Assembly (NCBI GenBank): GCA_965113315.1
Contig: OZ220366.1
Length of the DNA: 64,000 nt
Strand: one strand, 5' to 3'
From: Podarcis vaucheri
Lineage: Eukaryota
Made by a program: the position numbers and the translations under genes. The notes under the pieces are model-generated. The model was not told the origin of the DNA and did no database searches. It worked only from the letters and a program-made list of their open reading frames with translations. Below are positions 1-13,111 of this stretch, in pieces; within the stretch, counting starts at the first letter, position 1; each line of letters opens with the position of its first letter.

Positions 1-171
1 ATTCTTTACGAACAAAATAATTTACCAAATGATGAGATTGTAATGTGAAATAACTGTCCTTGTTCTTGTGTATCTGTTTGCCTACCCTTTTGTCCCTGCT
101 TCCAGCTGCATTAAGGTTGCCAGTGGCTTGGTTCACACATAACACTAAGCCACTGTTTGATTAACAAACTG

Positions 172-530
172 CTATTATTATTATTAGTAGTAGTAGTAGT
201 ATGCCGCCCATCTGACTGGGTTGCCTCAGCCACTCTGGGTGGCTCCCAACAGAATATTAAAAACACAATAAAACATTTCAGATGTCTTCTAAAAGTCAAA
301 TAGTTGTTTATTTCCTTAGCAACCATTCCCAGTCACCAGTCGAGCATCCTCATTCGGGATTATTTGTAGTTTCCAAGTCACTTTCAAAGAAAGCCCCATG
401 TAGAGTGCATTGCAGTAGTCCAAGTGGAAGATAACCAGAGCTTATACCATTCTGGTGTGGCAGTCTGTGGGCAGGTAGGGTTTCAGCCGGCATACCAATT
501 GGATTTGGTGGACAGCTGCTCTGAACACAG
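172..530 (-). mobile_element. L2-clade LINE fragments (3' tail and ORF2 remnant)
   Basis: Tail ccgcccatctgactgggttgcc...ccactctggg shared with other L2 copies in the window; - strand LVIFHLDYCNAL..GL..LK..LQ-like motif. Confidence 0.7.
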
Positions 531-1764
531 AAATGAACACAGTCTATCACACAAAACCATGGCATGTTTCTCCAATGTTCATGTTGTTGTATTCTGGTGT
601 CTTGGGAGATGTACCTGAAGTAAACCATGGTTAAAGAAGGGGGTTGGGTTCAAACCGTGCCTATTATTATTATTATTTATTATCACCATCATTATTATTT
701 CAGTTGTAAAAAGGCAAGGTGCTTAGACATTGTGGCGGCCATAACCTAGGTTTAAGGTGCTATTTGACTATTAGGTTATATATCTGAGTTTCTAACACTG
801 CTTCTTAGTCATAAGCTCACAGCACATGAGGAAATTGAGGAAATTGTGTCCTTCCACTTTAATAGGATTGTGGGGATAATAAAGTTGCGATTTATAGTTG
901 TCATAAGGTCAGCAGGTTACTCAGAGATGAATTGAAATTGACCCTGTTTCCTCATCTGTTTGAATTAATTTGCTGACCTGCTGGACTACTTAGCCTTTCC
1001 AAAGAACCACATTCACTTACAAATTTAGAACTTTTCAAGTTGCCATTAAATCCATTTTTGGGGGAAAGCCAAGATTGTCCTAGGTAAGCCTATGCTCAGT
1101 AGCCAGCTTTTCATAGCATCGTTCAGCAATTTTATTTCCATATGAAAACCTAATGCTAGATGCAGAAATTTCTGCAGCAGCTGTTCAGTACTTTCTCCCA
1201 TCTGTCCGACTATGAATAAGGGGAGGTGGGGGAAGTGATGTAGATAGGATTGAGTAGGTAAAGTCTATTCCCCATCAGGAACAGAATGTGCATCCCCTCC
1301 TACATGTCTTTGTGGGAGAATGGGTCATTGAGAGCAGAGAGATGCATCTTGCTCCCTCCTTCCTGTCTCCATCAGCAGAACTCACACTCTGCTCTTCATC
1401 TGTTTCTTCATAAGAAGTTAGACTGCAAAAAGAATAGCTGGGGAATTGTTAACCAGCAGGGTTAACAAACTCACTTGCTTAACCCTCATAACAATGGACC
1501 TCCTTTGGCGTTTCACTTTGAACAAAGATGGCGCCATTCACTTTACAATCCTAAGGCTCACATTCCTGATACTAGGAGGGAAAGTGTAGGGTTGTTGTGT
1601 TGTTGTTTTTTTAAAAAAAAAAACTCCGCACATGTCGCATTTAATGCTATACCATACAGCAAAGGCGCGGACGACCTTTTGGCTCCATGGGCAAAAATGG
1701 CTAGAGAGAAGTTCACACTCACCATCAATTATACTAGAACCCAGTGTCATACTGAATGTGGGAA

Positions 1765-2010
1765 TATTGGGTTAGACAAAAGGAAGTACTTCTTCACACA
1801 GCACATAGTTAAACCAAGGAACTGACTGTCACAAGATGCATCAATGGTCACCAACTTGGATGGCCTCAAAAGGGGTTGTTGACAACTTCATGCTAGCTAG
1901 CCATGGTGGCTGTGTACCACCCCCGCTGCCTCTGAATACTAGTTGCTAGGCATCCCAGAATGCTAGAGTAGATGGCCTTTGGTCTGATCCAGCACGTCTT
2001 CCTTATGTTT
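1765..2010 (+). mobile_element. CR1 LINE 3' fragment
   Basis: DKRKYFFTQHIVK CR1 ORF2 end and a ggtctgatccagc...cttatgt tail. Confidence 0.7.
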
Positions 2011-3224
2011 ATAATGGTTGTAGCTGCCTTGGGGCATGGGGAATCTTTCTCACATAAAGGCAAGGTGAATTATTATTTTTTTTAAAAAAGAAGGAAGTGA
2101 AATAAAACATTTTTTTGAAATTTTTGGAACTGTCAAGATAGTAAGATTTTAAAATGGAGGAAATCGTTTTCGCCTTTACTTTCTGTGCTGGCATTTCCCC
2201 TTCATAGTTAGAAACCTAGCCTTTAGAACCTCCACCTTTTGTCGGTAATAAAACATTATATCCTTAACTTCTTTGTACTCTGAATTGGCAAAAAAAGAAA
2301 AAAAGCAGCACATTCTGTGAGATGATAAAAGCTTTTTGAATTTGCTCCAACTCGTGCGAGAGATGGGCTGGGCAAAAGCTGCAAAACTGCTTATAAGGTC
2401 AGTTAACTTTCAGAATGTTGCAGCCCTAGACTGATGATCAGAAGCTTCAAATTCTATCACAGGGCTGAAGAGGAGATATTTTACTCGCTTCTGGAAAATG
2501 CTTTTTCAGACGGCGAAAAAAAATAAAAATCAAAGCAAGCTTTCTCTTTGGGCTTCTGATTGAAAAAAAATGCTAGAAGGCCCAGCTGTGTATTAAAGTG
2601 TAACTTTAACAGCTGTCCTAAAATTGAGTTTGACAGCTGATTTGCTACAGGCTTGTCTGAGGCAGCAGGGTAGGCAAGCAGACAAGGAATAGTTTTCTAT
2701 ACTGTTTTTTCCCCTCCCTGAGGTCATTCAGAACAGATTGATAGGAGGAAAAGCAAGGGTTGCATCTTGCACCAGTGATGCAAATGATGTGCATTGGGAT
2801 GACAGTGCGAATAATAATAGTAAACAAAGCTCTTTTTATGGTGCTTGCTTCATGTTTTAAAACCCCTTAGACAACCACCATAAACATAGAGCAGCGTAGA
2901 TGGTGTTCTGGTTTTCCTTCCTCTTGTAATGTCAGTTGCACTTCTCGGTTCTTATTTAATATATCTCTGTATCTTTTCAAGTGTCTCGCAGTTTTGAGGC
3001 TTCACTGGTAGGAGGAAGCACAACAGAACTGAGGCAGTGGAGGTCCAGTGAATTCATATTGGTACAGAAGAGACATTTGAAGTGGCGGGATGGAGGGAAA
3101 ATCACCTTGACATTTAGGAAGACCAGGGTTATTGCAGAGCATAATGGTTGAAGGCAGGAATGAGGGGAGGAAACAAAATGGCATAATGCTAGATGACCTC
3201 ACAGGGAAACAGAGTGAGAAAGTA

Positions 3225-3449
3225 CAGTGGTACCTCAGGTTACATACACTTCAGGTTACATATGCTTCAGGTTACAGACTCTGCTAACCCAGAAATAGTG
3301 ATTCAGGTTAAGAACTTTTCTTCAGGATGAGAACAGAAATAGTGCTCTAGCAGTGTGGCGGCAGCAGGAGGCCCCATTAACTAAAGTGGTGCTTCAGGTT
3401 AAGAACGGACCTCTGGAATGAATTAAGTACTTAACCTGAGGTACCACTG
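3225..3449. mobile_element. Tc1/mariner (Tigger-like) MITE
   Basis: TIRs cagtggtacctcaggtta / taacctgaggtaccactg; TA TSD. Confidence 0.88.
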
Positions 3450-4407
3450 TACTATGGTAAGATGAGATTAAATTGTAGTCAAACAAATAAGAAGAGAGCC
3501 TAAAAGCACAACCCTGTATGTATGTACTCAGCAACAAGTCCCTTTTGGGTTTCCATGGGGATTACTTTGAGTTAAGCAAGTTCAGGACTGCAGGCACACC
3601 TGCGAGTCCTAGGAGTCTAATGATGAAACTGAAAGGAAAAGGGAGTTCACAAGAATTCAAGGAAATTCATGATGTTCGACTCTGATCATGACATCCGAAT
3701 GTATTTGTTGCAGCAGTGTCGTCTTAGAATGTTATGTATTCTGTGCTCCTTTTCGTTTTAATTAAAATGTCAAGGAAGCATTAGCCTATTGATTGAAGGC
3801 TTTATGGTGCAATTCTGTAAACCCCAAAGGTGTTTGAACACGTATGTGCAATGCCAAGGGGTGTCCAAGTGAAAAATTCCCCACATCAGAGCGTGAAGGT
3901 TATCGTTATAAATGAAGAGAGGAGGCTGCAGGCTTAGGAAGAAGTATGCCGAAGCAGTGGCTAGTGGCTATTGCTGTTTGTTTAGTGAGTCTGTAGCTGG
4001 TACAGCTGTGCTACTTTGTGATGGATGCAGTTGTGTTTCTCGGATAATCACATATTTATTGCTGCATTTGCTTTTCTTTCACCAGTAAAAAATTGTTCTG
4101 CATAAATGCTGAAACGCTCAGTGATAAAAATGTTCAGGTCTGTTGGGAAGTACGTAAGATGCTTAAGAGTTTCAGATGCCCCTTGTTTGCCTATCTGTAT
4201 GCCTGATGATATAACAGTGCTGCAAGCAGCCATATCTGTTTCATCGAGCTTCAGTGTCTCCTGTGTTTAGCGAGTGCCTGGACTCTAAATGAGTTCATTG
4301 ATTTCTAATATTTTGAGTTTAATCACCGCATGTAACTGACTTTGTACTTCTTGAAATGCTGGGGAGATGTTGCAGATGCTGTAAAATGGTGAGCATGGGT
4401 ACCTGAA

Positions 4408-4408
<1 letters not shown>

Positions 4409-4465
<57 letters not shown>

Positions 4466-4620
4466 TTTATTTATATCCCGCCCTCCCCAGCCGAAGCCGG
4501 GCTCAGGGCGGCTAACAACAACAAAACAGTATAAAGGTGTAGCATAAACAACACTCTAAAATCATTCATTATAAAATTAATTAATTCAGGCCACTGGCAA
4601 CCATTGGGCCAGAGCTCCGC
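4409..4620 (-). mobile_element. (AAT)n tail plus L2-like LINE 3' end
   Basis: Long AAT run followed by tttatatcccgccctccccagccg...gggcggcta. Confidence 0.55.
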
Positions 4621-4655
4621 GAATGAGTCATAGTAGACCGAGTAACCATTATTAC

Positions 4656-4791
4656 CGTAGCTCAGTTGGTTAGAGTGTGGTGCTGATAACGCCAAGGTTG
4701 CAGGTTTGATCCCCACATGGGACAGCTGCCTATTCCTGCAGTACTAGATAATCCTCAGGGTCCTTTCCAACTCTACAATTCTAGAATTCTA
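4656..4791 (+). mobile_element. tRNA-Ile-derived SINE with CR1-type tail
   Basis: tagctcagttggttagagtgtggtgctgataacgccaaggttgcaggtttgatcccc head (A and B boxes) and a ccttttccaactctacaattcta-type tail. Confidence 0.7.
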
Positions 4792-4808
4792 ATATACAAA
4801 GTTTAGAA

Positions 4809-5129
4809 CAGGGGTCAGCAAACCTTTCCAGCAGGGGGCCGGTCTACTGTCCCTCAGACCATGTGGTGGGCCGAACTATATTTTGGGAAAAAATATGAAC
4901 GAATTCCTATGCCCCACAAATAACCCAGAGATGCATTTTAAATAAAAGTGCACATTCTACTCATGTAAAAACACCAGGCAGGCCCCACAAATAACCCAGA
5001 GATATATTTTAAATAAAAGGACACATTCTACTCATGTAAAAACATGCTGATTCCCAGACCGTCCGCCAGCCGGATTGAGAAGGCGATTGGGCTGCATTCG
5101 GCCCCTGGGCCTTAGTTTGCCTACCCACG
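4809..5129. mobile_element. hAT non-autonomous element
   Basis: caggggtcagcaaac...gtttgcctacccacg termini; 8-bp TSD gtttagaa; internal ~65-nt tandem duplication. Confidence 0.85.
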
Positions 5130-5310
5130 GTTTAGAACTTTTAAAGGCATGCTCTTTCAAATGGATAAGGAAATAGACAGGTAACTAGTACAGCTATTGA
5201 ATGGACTGGCAAATGTGTTCCTTGCTGGCCTAACCTGGCAGGTTTCTCTTAAAGGCTCTGGATGGCCTGTGTTGGAAACAAGATTCTGGACTCCAGTGAC
5301 CTTTGGTCTA

Positions 5311-5502
5311 GGAAAGGGCTGTAGTTCAGAGGCAGAGCATATGCTTTGCATGCAGAAGGCGCCTGGTTCAATCTCTGGCATTTTAAGGTTGAGTTGGGAA
5401 TGTTCCCTGCCTGAAACTTTGGAGAGTTGCTTCTGGTCAGTGTGGGCAGCCCTGAGCTAGATGGACCATGGGCTGACTCTGAATAAGGCATCTTCCTATG
5501 TT
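5311..5502 (+). mobile_element. tRNA-derived squamate SINE (Squam2-like)
   Basis: tRNA-like head and gagctagatggacca...aaggcatcttcctatgtt tail. Related interrupted copies at ~16724-17445, ~45233-45860 and ~56645-57190 (-). Confidence 0.65.
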
Positions 5503-7144
5503 GATCCAACATGACTTTTATGTTCTTAAGTGTCTGTAACAAATTCTCTTGAGCTCCTTTTTCTCTGAAGAACTCCCTTCGTATTTTTGAAGGCGGCAAG
5601 GAAAAGAGGCTATCGGAAGCCATCATTTTCTTTGGAAAGTTAATTAAATTTGGGTGATTAGAATTCCATGCAGTGGGTGGCATTACGAATCCTTGGCTAG
5701 ATGACCTTCATCAAAGGACTCCAGGGCAGCGTACAGATTTGTGAACAAAATTTTTCACACAGTGTACAATATAAAAACCCCACAAATAACCACAGCAAAG
5801 GGACAGGCTGAAAATCTATAAAGAGGCAAAATTTGGACTATAATATCTAAAATGACATTGAGCATGCAGTTTTGTGGACACTGATTGTGCCACAAAAGCT
5901 TTGTAAATATGCCCACAAAAATGACTGGTATGCACAAATAAATAAATCATTGGCTCGCCATAAGTGGTTTGTAGCCTGCTTTTTTCTGAACACAGAAATG
6001 AATCAGGCTGGCATAGGAGGGTGAGAGCAATCCGTCAGTCCTCTGCCAGCTTGCTTGCTCGCCTTCATGGAATTCATGGAATTGGCTATGGCTACCAGGC
6101 AAGTTGTTAAATACAAGGCTGCTGTGCAAATAAATTAAGGTTAATTTTCTGAAACCGTTATTTCCCTAAAATGTGAATCTGTTCTTTTTTCCCCAAATAG
6201 CTCTGTTCCAAATCCAGCAGAGAATTTAGCAAAATCCCATTTCATACGTAGATGGAAATAAATTTGCTTGATCATAATGGAAGCATTAAAATTTGTTTCT
6301 GCGTTGGAGTATATTATGTACGCCTATTCAGACTGATTTAAAAACATGCAAAGCAATGTTTGTGCATCTGGTCCAGATATAAATTAACAGATGCTACTGT
6401 AAGAGGCCTCAGGAAGCCAATATGGATTTTTCTTTTTCTTTTTGGCAAGCAAAATTAAATCCTCATACCATAAGTAAGAGGATAAATGCAACTTAGAATC
6501 TTCCATCAGGCTCTTGAAGAATTATTATTATGCTTGATCTAAAATTACCCAGTGTATCTTCCTTTTGATAGAAAGTGCTGCTTAAAAAATCTGTAGTATG
6601 AAATTGTTCAAAGTGGAGAATCATATATTAGCCTTTCAGTGAAATAATTTGAAACAATAGTTGCAAGTGCACTTTTTAATTTAAAATCTAAGCTGTGCAG
6701 TTTGATGCTATTTAAAATGGAATTCTTTTAATTCAGTAACTTGTCAAGCAAAGCCTTAGCTTTATTAGAGCTAAAAGCATAGAATGGGAAGTCGCTTTCT
6801 GCATTTATTCTGCTGCAAATGTTCCAGGAATATTGGTGAAACTCATGGCAGCAGTTGGGAAAAGCTGTGCAACGAGTCAAATAAATGTGTTGGAGGAATG
6901 GAAGGACAGAGATTTTGTTTGAAAAGTTTTACATTCTAACATTTGACAAATGTGTAGAATTGTGCAGCTCTACTCATTTTAACAGCTCTTCCAACACTTC
7001 ACAGCTCAGAACACTCCTATGTTCGGAACATTTCAGTTTTTATACTGGTGACACCACACTTAGGCTCACACTCTCCTTGGATGCTGTTACGTGTTGCTGA
7101 AGGCTTTCCTCATCTTGCTAAATACCGTTGTCATCTACTCTGTA

Positions 7145-7309
7145 CAGTGGTACCTCTGATTATGTACTTAATTCGTTCTGGAGGTCCGTTCTTAACCTGA
7201 AACTGTTCTTAACCTGAAGCACCGCACAATTCAAAGTGTTGGTGCTGACCTTTAAAGCCCTAAACGGCCTCGGTCCTATATACCTGAAGGAGCGTCCACT
7301 GTACCACTG
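7145..7309. mobile_element. Tigger-like MITE half fused to a 73-nt L2 segment
   Basis: Left TIR after TA; L2 sequence 7224-7296; truncated right TIR gtaccactg plus TA. Confidence 0.8.
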
Positions 7310-7489
7310 TAGTAGCTTATCCTGCACCGATTTAAAAGTGGAAAGGGTTTGTGTGTGCATTTTCAGCTAGATATACTTGAAAAACAAACCAACACGGTAT
7401 CTTAACACCTGGATGGGTCTTATGTCTGTAACAAAGGTATTATCTTGTGTCTTCTCACAGTGATCTAAGTGTTTTACTTAGAAATTGCT

Positions 7490-7584
7490 AAAATAAAAAA
7501 ATTCCTTCCTGTAGCACCTTAAAGACCAACTAAGTTAGTTCTTGGTATAAGCTTTCGTGTGCATGCACACTTCTTCAGATACAC
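7490..7584 (-). mobile_element. Short PLE 3' fragment (second family) with minimal hammerhead
   Basis: - strand GUAU-CUGAAGA-A-GUGUG(CAUG)CACAC-GAAA-GCUU-AUAC; 10-bp TSD agaaattgct (7480-7489, 7585-7594). Confidence 0.75.
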
Positions 7585-7923
7585 AGAAATTGCTGTTATT
7601 GGAATACTTGCATGGCAACCCAATAGTGTACACTTCCTTTATAATATATAGGGTCAAATTCAGGGTTCTGCTGCGGTGAAGGTCCTGTTAGTGCAAGCAT
7701 TGCAACTTTCCAGATGGAATGACACCCCCTTCTTTCCCCCGCCCCCATTTTGTGGTTGGAGGAGGAGGAAGAGGAGGGAGGAAACCCTAACTCAGGACCT
7801 TCATAGAATCATAGACTCTCACTGACAAAACTTTTAAGGTGAATCCCACCTTTAGTGTACAGGGCAGAGAAATGGAGGCATTGAAAATTGTGAAGATGCT
7901 ACGTTAGCACTTCTGGAGAGGTA

Positions 7924-8165
7924 TAGTGGTACCTCGGGTTACATACACTTCAGGTTACATACACTTCAGGTTACAGACTCCCCTAATCCAGAAATAGTAC
8001 CTCGGGTTGAGAACTTTGCTTCAGGATGAGAACAGAAATCGCGCGGCGGTAGCACGGCAGCAGCGGGAAGCCCCATTAGCTAAAGTGGTGCTTCAGGTTA
8101 AGAACAGTTTCAGGTTAAGAACGGACCTCCGGAATGAATTAAGTACGTAACCAGAGGTACCACTG
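7924..8165. mobile_element. Tigger-like MITE
   Basis: Same TIRs and body as 3225-3449; TA TSD. Confidence 0.88.
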
Positions 8166-9066
8166 TATGTGCATAAATAACTGTGCTTCTGAAGGATAGT
8201 CAACGAGAAAGAAAAAATAAGTACAACTTTGATTTTACTTGTGTCCATGAGTTTTCCCAGTTTGATGTTCATTACGTTACTAATTTTTTGAAAAAATAGT
8301 TCTAAAAGAGAAAATTTCTATGGAAAAATATAGTAGTGGAATAGTTTCCATTTCAGAGTTTCTAGCCCTTGTCACTGCCAATAACAGACCTGCACAATTT
8401 GTGATTGACCAATCTACCTTCTGGTTTTTGTTTTCCCAGTACGCAGGAGAGCTGTCCTGCACCCAGAAAATAAATGCAAAGCTTAAGGGTACTACGCGAA
8501 CAAGACTGTAGCTGCAATATTTAATGCACGTGAGGAAATTAATGAGATGATAGTTTCCTTATATAAGTTAATTTGTAATAGATGCACAAAACAGACTTGG
8601 ACGACAAGAAAAAATTATCAGGGAGAAACATGCAAGTGCAACATCTTACGTGAACATTTTTCAGTGGACAATGTAATACAAAGATTTCCTGTGAAGCTCA
8701 CATTTTAAATACACAAGAGGGGGAAGAGGCGGAGAAGAAAATGAGACACTAGCATTCTTTAGGCACCTGGAAATTTGTACATTCTCAAGCTTCTTTGGGC
8801 TTGCTTTCCATTTGTCATCCCTGCTACTAGTCCAGAATAGACCAATGGCTAGTAACAAACAGAAGGCCCAAGGCTGTCTTCCATGCAGTTGCAAATGTGT
8901 ATTTGACTTTTAAATTTTTCAGCCAGTGCCATGTCCCACACCTTTGTCCACCATCCTTGCAATGAAAATTGAATGTTATATTGCCAGTGCTTGGTTACTT
9001 CTAAATGTGAAACAGCCAGCAGGAAAGCTATTATGTAGGTGTATGCAACTTTTTCCATAGGATATA

Positions 9067-9292
9067 CAGTGGTACCTCGGGTTAAGTACTTAATTCGTTC
9101 TGGAGGTCCGTTCTTAACCTGAAACTGTTCTTAACCTGAAGCACCACTTTAGCTAACAGGGCCTCCTGCTGCTGCCGCGCCGCCAGAGCACGATTTCAGT
9201 TCTCATTCTGAAGCAAAGTTCTTAACCTGAGGTACTATTTCTGGGTTAGTGGAGTCTGTAACCTGAAGCGTATGTAACCCGAGGTACCACTC
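9067..9292. mobile_element. Tigger-like MITE (opposite orientation)
   Basis: Same family; TA TSD. Confidence 0.88.
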
Positions 9293-9309
9293 TATTGACA
9301 ATTATTAGT

Positions 9310-9700
9310 TGCTGGACTATCAATGAGATCAGTTTAGCAGAATGCATTAAACACTGGGCAGGCCCACCACATATTGTAAATTTCATTTCATATTGTATCC
9401 CCTCCAACAGGTATATGGCAAGTTGTTATTGATTTAATGTAGCTTTACCGACATGAAATACCACCGGTAAACAATTTCCAGCATAGTCTCTTGGATACAA
9501 GCAGAGGTGGTTTTGACCACACCAGCCTCCATTGGGTACCATCAGTGTGCACAGACAGGTCCCCTTCTCCTTGGTCTCTCCACCCCAAAAGATTTTGTTG
9601 TACTTCTGCAAACCTCAGATTTCTTCCAACCCTTTTGATATCTCCCTCTTGATGCTGCTCTTTTGGCTTCATAACGGTCCATGCTCTGAGAATGCATTTG
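9310..9700 (-). mobile_element. Degenerate L1/Tx1-like ORF2 C-terminal fragment
   Basis: - strand QWRLVWSKPP and MWWACP remnants resemble the L1 C-terminal domain. Confidence 0.45.
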
Positions 9701-11072
9701 CAATCAGTTTATAGGTTTTGAAACCAAGGTTTGAAGCTACTTTGCAGAATATTATTAGTGTTAGTGCAGATGTCATGCTGCACTGTGTGGTTAATGCTGT
9801 GGAGTGAACAGGGCATGAAAGGTTCACAGTGAACAGCAGCCTGATAGCTTGCAGCAGTGTTACGTTGGCATTCGGCTGAAGTAAACAGGTACCCCTGCCT
9901 GGAGCTTTCTGTTGTCACTCTGATGCTCATACGCACAGCTTGCTCCTGCCTGTGCAGATTACTAATTTTAATTTAATATTTGATTCAAACGTGAATGCAG
10001 ATGAGGCATGGTGGCATGCTTGCTGTGACAATATGTTTAAAATACTTATTGGATTGCTTTACTTTGTTGTCTACCTGAGTCTTCAGGGTAGATTCAGAAC
10101 TTAAGAAATAGTTGCATGTGTGGACAGTCTGCCACATTTAAACTTAGAGATGCTGTGTTAGTTTCTGCATTCTGAGCATTTTGCAAACTCCCAGATTTCA
10201 CAAAGCTTTGCACAGACAAATCTTTATCAAATAATTGGATTTATAATTTGTCAGTTTAGGAGAAGGGCCATGAGCATCATTATTTTATATGTGTGCCTCA
10301 AGAGACACTTCAGTTATGTACTGGATGAATATAAATATCTGTACTCTTCATAGCCATACTAAGTGCATTAAAACACACACACACAACCACCACCACACAT
10401 TGCTGCTATTGACAACTTGTTCTGTTTTGCTTTGGTTAGGGCTGTAAGTAAAAGGTGCTTAATTTACATAAGCCTGTTAAGTGGTATCCCCAGGAGAGGA
10501 AGTACTAATAATTTCAAATGCTGTACGCAGTGTTTTGACAGCTTGATCCATTTACAAATTAGATTGCCGGGAGTAGGTAGTGGAGGGCATGGCATGTTCA
10601 GAGTATGCAAATAATTCTTAAACTTTCGGAGTTGCCAAAACGGACAGCTCTGAACAAGAGAGGTGGTGGTGAGATTTTGGAAAAAGGAAACCTGAAAATG
10701 GTTTGAATGCACCTCTGCAAGGAGTTTTGATGCGTTTTATCCATTCTTATTTCCTTTGCAAAAGAAAAGAAAGGTGGTCCCAATGCACAAAAAAAGATCT
10801 CCCCTGTCGCTCCCCCCCCCAAATGCTGACCTTGCTCTGCACCCTCTGATTCTGACTAGCTAGAATCTACGCGTGATCAGGGTGCGCTGTTAGCAGGTAG
10901 GAGGTGGCTGAACCAAATCTTCCTTGCCACAAGAACAACAACAACAACAACTTCTTTATTATTTATACCCTGCCCATCTGGCTGGGTTTCCCCAGCCACT
11001 CTGGGCAGCTTACAGCATATATAAAAACACAGGAAAACATCAAGCACTAAAAACTAAATAAAGATTAAATTA

Positions 11073-11206
11073 CAGTGGTACCTCGGGTTACATACGCTTC
11101 AGGTTACAGACTCCGCTAACCCAGAAATAATGCTTCAGGTTAAGAACTTTGCTTCAGGATGAGAACAGAAATCGTGCTCCAGCGGCGCGGCGGCAGCAGG
11201 AGGCCC

Positions 11207-11248
<42 letters not shown>

Positions 11249-11713
11249 TTATTTATTTATACCCTGCCCATCTGGCTGGGTTTCCCCAGCCACTCTGGGC
11301 GGCTTCCAACTAAATATTAAAAACAATACAGCATTAGACATTAAAAACTTCCCTAAAGAGGGCTGCCTTCAGTTGTCTTTTAAAAGTAAAATAGTTGCTT
11401 ATTGCCTTGACATCTGCTGGGAGGGTGTTCCACAGGGCAGGCGCCACTACCGAGAAGGCCCTCTGCCTGGTTCCCTGTAACCTTACTTCTCGCAATGAGG
11501 GAACCGCCGGAAGGCCCTTGGCGCTGGATCTCAGTGTCCGGCCTGAACGATGGGGGTGGAGACGCTCCTTCAGGTATATAGGACCGAGGCCGTTTAGGGC
11601 TTTAAAGGTCAGCACCAACACTTTGAATTGTGCGGTGCTTCAGGTTAAGAACAGTTTCAGGTTAAGTACGGGCCTCCCGGAACGAATTAAGTGCTTAACC
11701 CGAGGTACCACTG
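11073..11713. mobile_element. Tigger-like MITE with a nested L2 3' fragment (11207-11633, - strand)
   Basis: TIRs plus TA. The insert encodes LTFKALNGLGPIYLKERL...RAFSVVAPALWNTLP...FKRQLKAALF (L2 ORF2 end) with an (AAT)n tail. Confidence 0.88.
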
Positions 11714-11999
11714 TATTTACAATCTGCTATTTAAGACTCACATCGTAAGAATTAATCTTCAACCACAATTGTTTCAGATTCAGAGGTAGAGAGGTTGACC
11801 AGCAATCTCTTGAACAGGCATGGCAGGTACACAGGTATATCCCTCACTTTGTTTCTTGCTAGTTCACAACCAAGAGGAACAACCTCTGAAGAGGGAACTC
11901 TGGACTCCTAAGTCGCAGAGCTCCTTAGTGTTGGGAAGGCATTGAAAAAGGTTTGCATCCTGTGAAAATTTATTGATTGATGGTCTCACTCACGGCAAG

Positions 12000-12590
12000 A
12001 GAGAAGAACCACTTTTGTCACCAGCAACCTAATGTAGAGCCATGCTGGCTGTGAAGACTTCGACACTGTGCATGAGATTGTGCAAAGTTGTTACCATTGC
12101 AGCGCCATTTCCGTGTGAGGTCTCTCTTTAGGGTACATAAGAACTCCGGACAGGCTTCACTTGACTCATTTAGAGCTGTCCATGGTCTCCGTCTCCTGGG
12201 CTCCTTCTCAGGACCAGAGCAGAATAATTAGCCCTCAGCTAGCCTGTTCCCGTCATTGATTCCAAATACCAACAGGTATGAGATGAAAAGGAGAATTAAG
12301 TATCATTAGAATATGGATGACAATGTACCCCAAATATGCAGATGATTTGTACCAGAGGGTCAATGTAGTGGGGCAGGATGCATCCCTGCAAAACACCAAG
12401 GTTCTGACCAGAAGGTTGCCCAGTGCAAGAGGCAAATTCTTGGAGGAACGTGAGGCACAGAAGCAGGACTGTCAGGAGCCATGCTGTGTTGCTGGAGCTG
12501 CAAAATTGATTCCATGCCCTTACCCTAGACACAGATTATTGTCCAGAAAAGCAAGGACAACAGTTGCAGACCTCAGAACACACTGAGGTT
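12000..12590 (+). mobile_element. Degenerate RTE-like LINE 3' fragment
   Basis: ORF remnant ending ...CPY...DLRTH resembles the terminal zinc-finger end of RTE ORFs; heavily decayed. Confidence 0.35.
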
Positions 12591-13111
12591 GTTGTGGAAG
12601 GTGCAGTGTACAGAATGATTCCTGCCGCTTCCCAGAGGAGGAAGTGACTAAACATCAGGAAGAAGTTTCTGATGGCAAGAGCTGTTCAACAACAAAGTGA
12701 ACTGCTTTGGAAAGTGGTGGACTCTCATTCCTTGGCACTTTTAAAGCAGTGGTTGGATGGCCACGTGTCAATGATGCTTTAGTTGAGATTCCTGTATCAC
12801 AAGCGTTTGTAGTACACCTGGCACGTCTAAAAGGTAGATTGTGATCTACCGTTAGATCAGTGAATGTCTGTGGTGGTAGATCACTACTGGTTCCCCACAA
12901 AGAAGCTGTACAACTTTGGCTCCTGCTCAACATTTTCACACTGCACCCCACTCAAAAACGGGGCTTTTGACCCAAACCCTCCTAAAAACAACTCAACAAC
13001 AACTTTGACATGGACCCCAAAAAGCAGGGTTTTTCTTTCTAAAGGAAGGAACCCCCCCAAAAGGGGGTAGTTCATTGCCAGTTTTTAACTATGTGAGTAG
13101 ATAGCAGTCTC

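Noticed and set aside
4656-4730. tRNA-Ile gene
   Set aside because: The acceptor stem and T-arm are degenerate and it runs into a CR1-like tail, so it is a SINE head.
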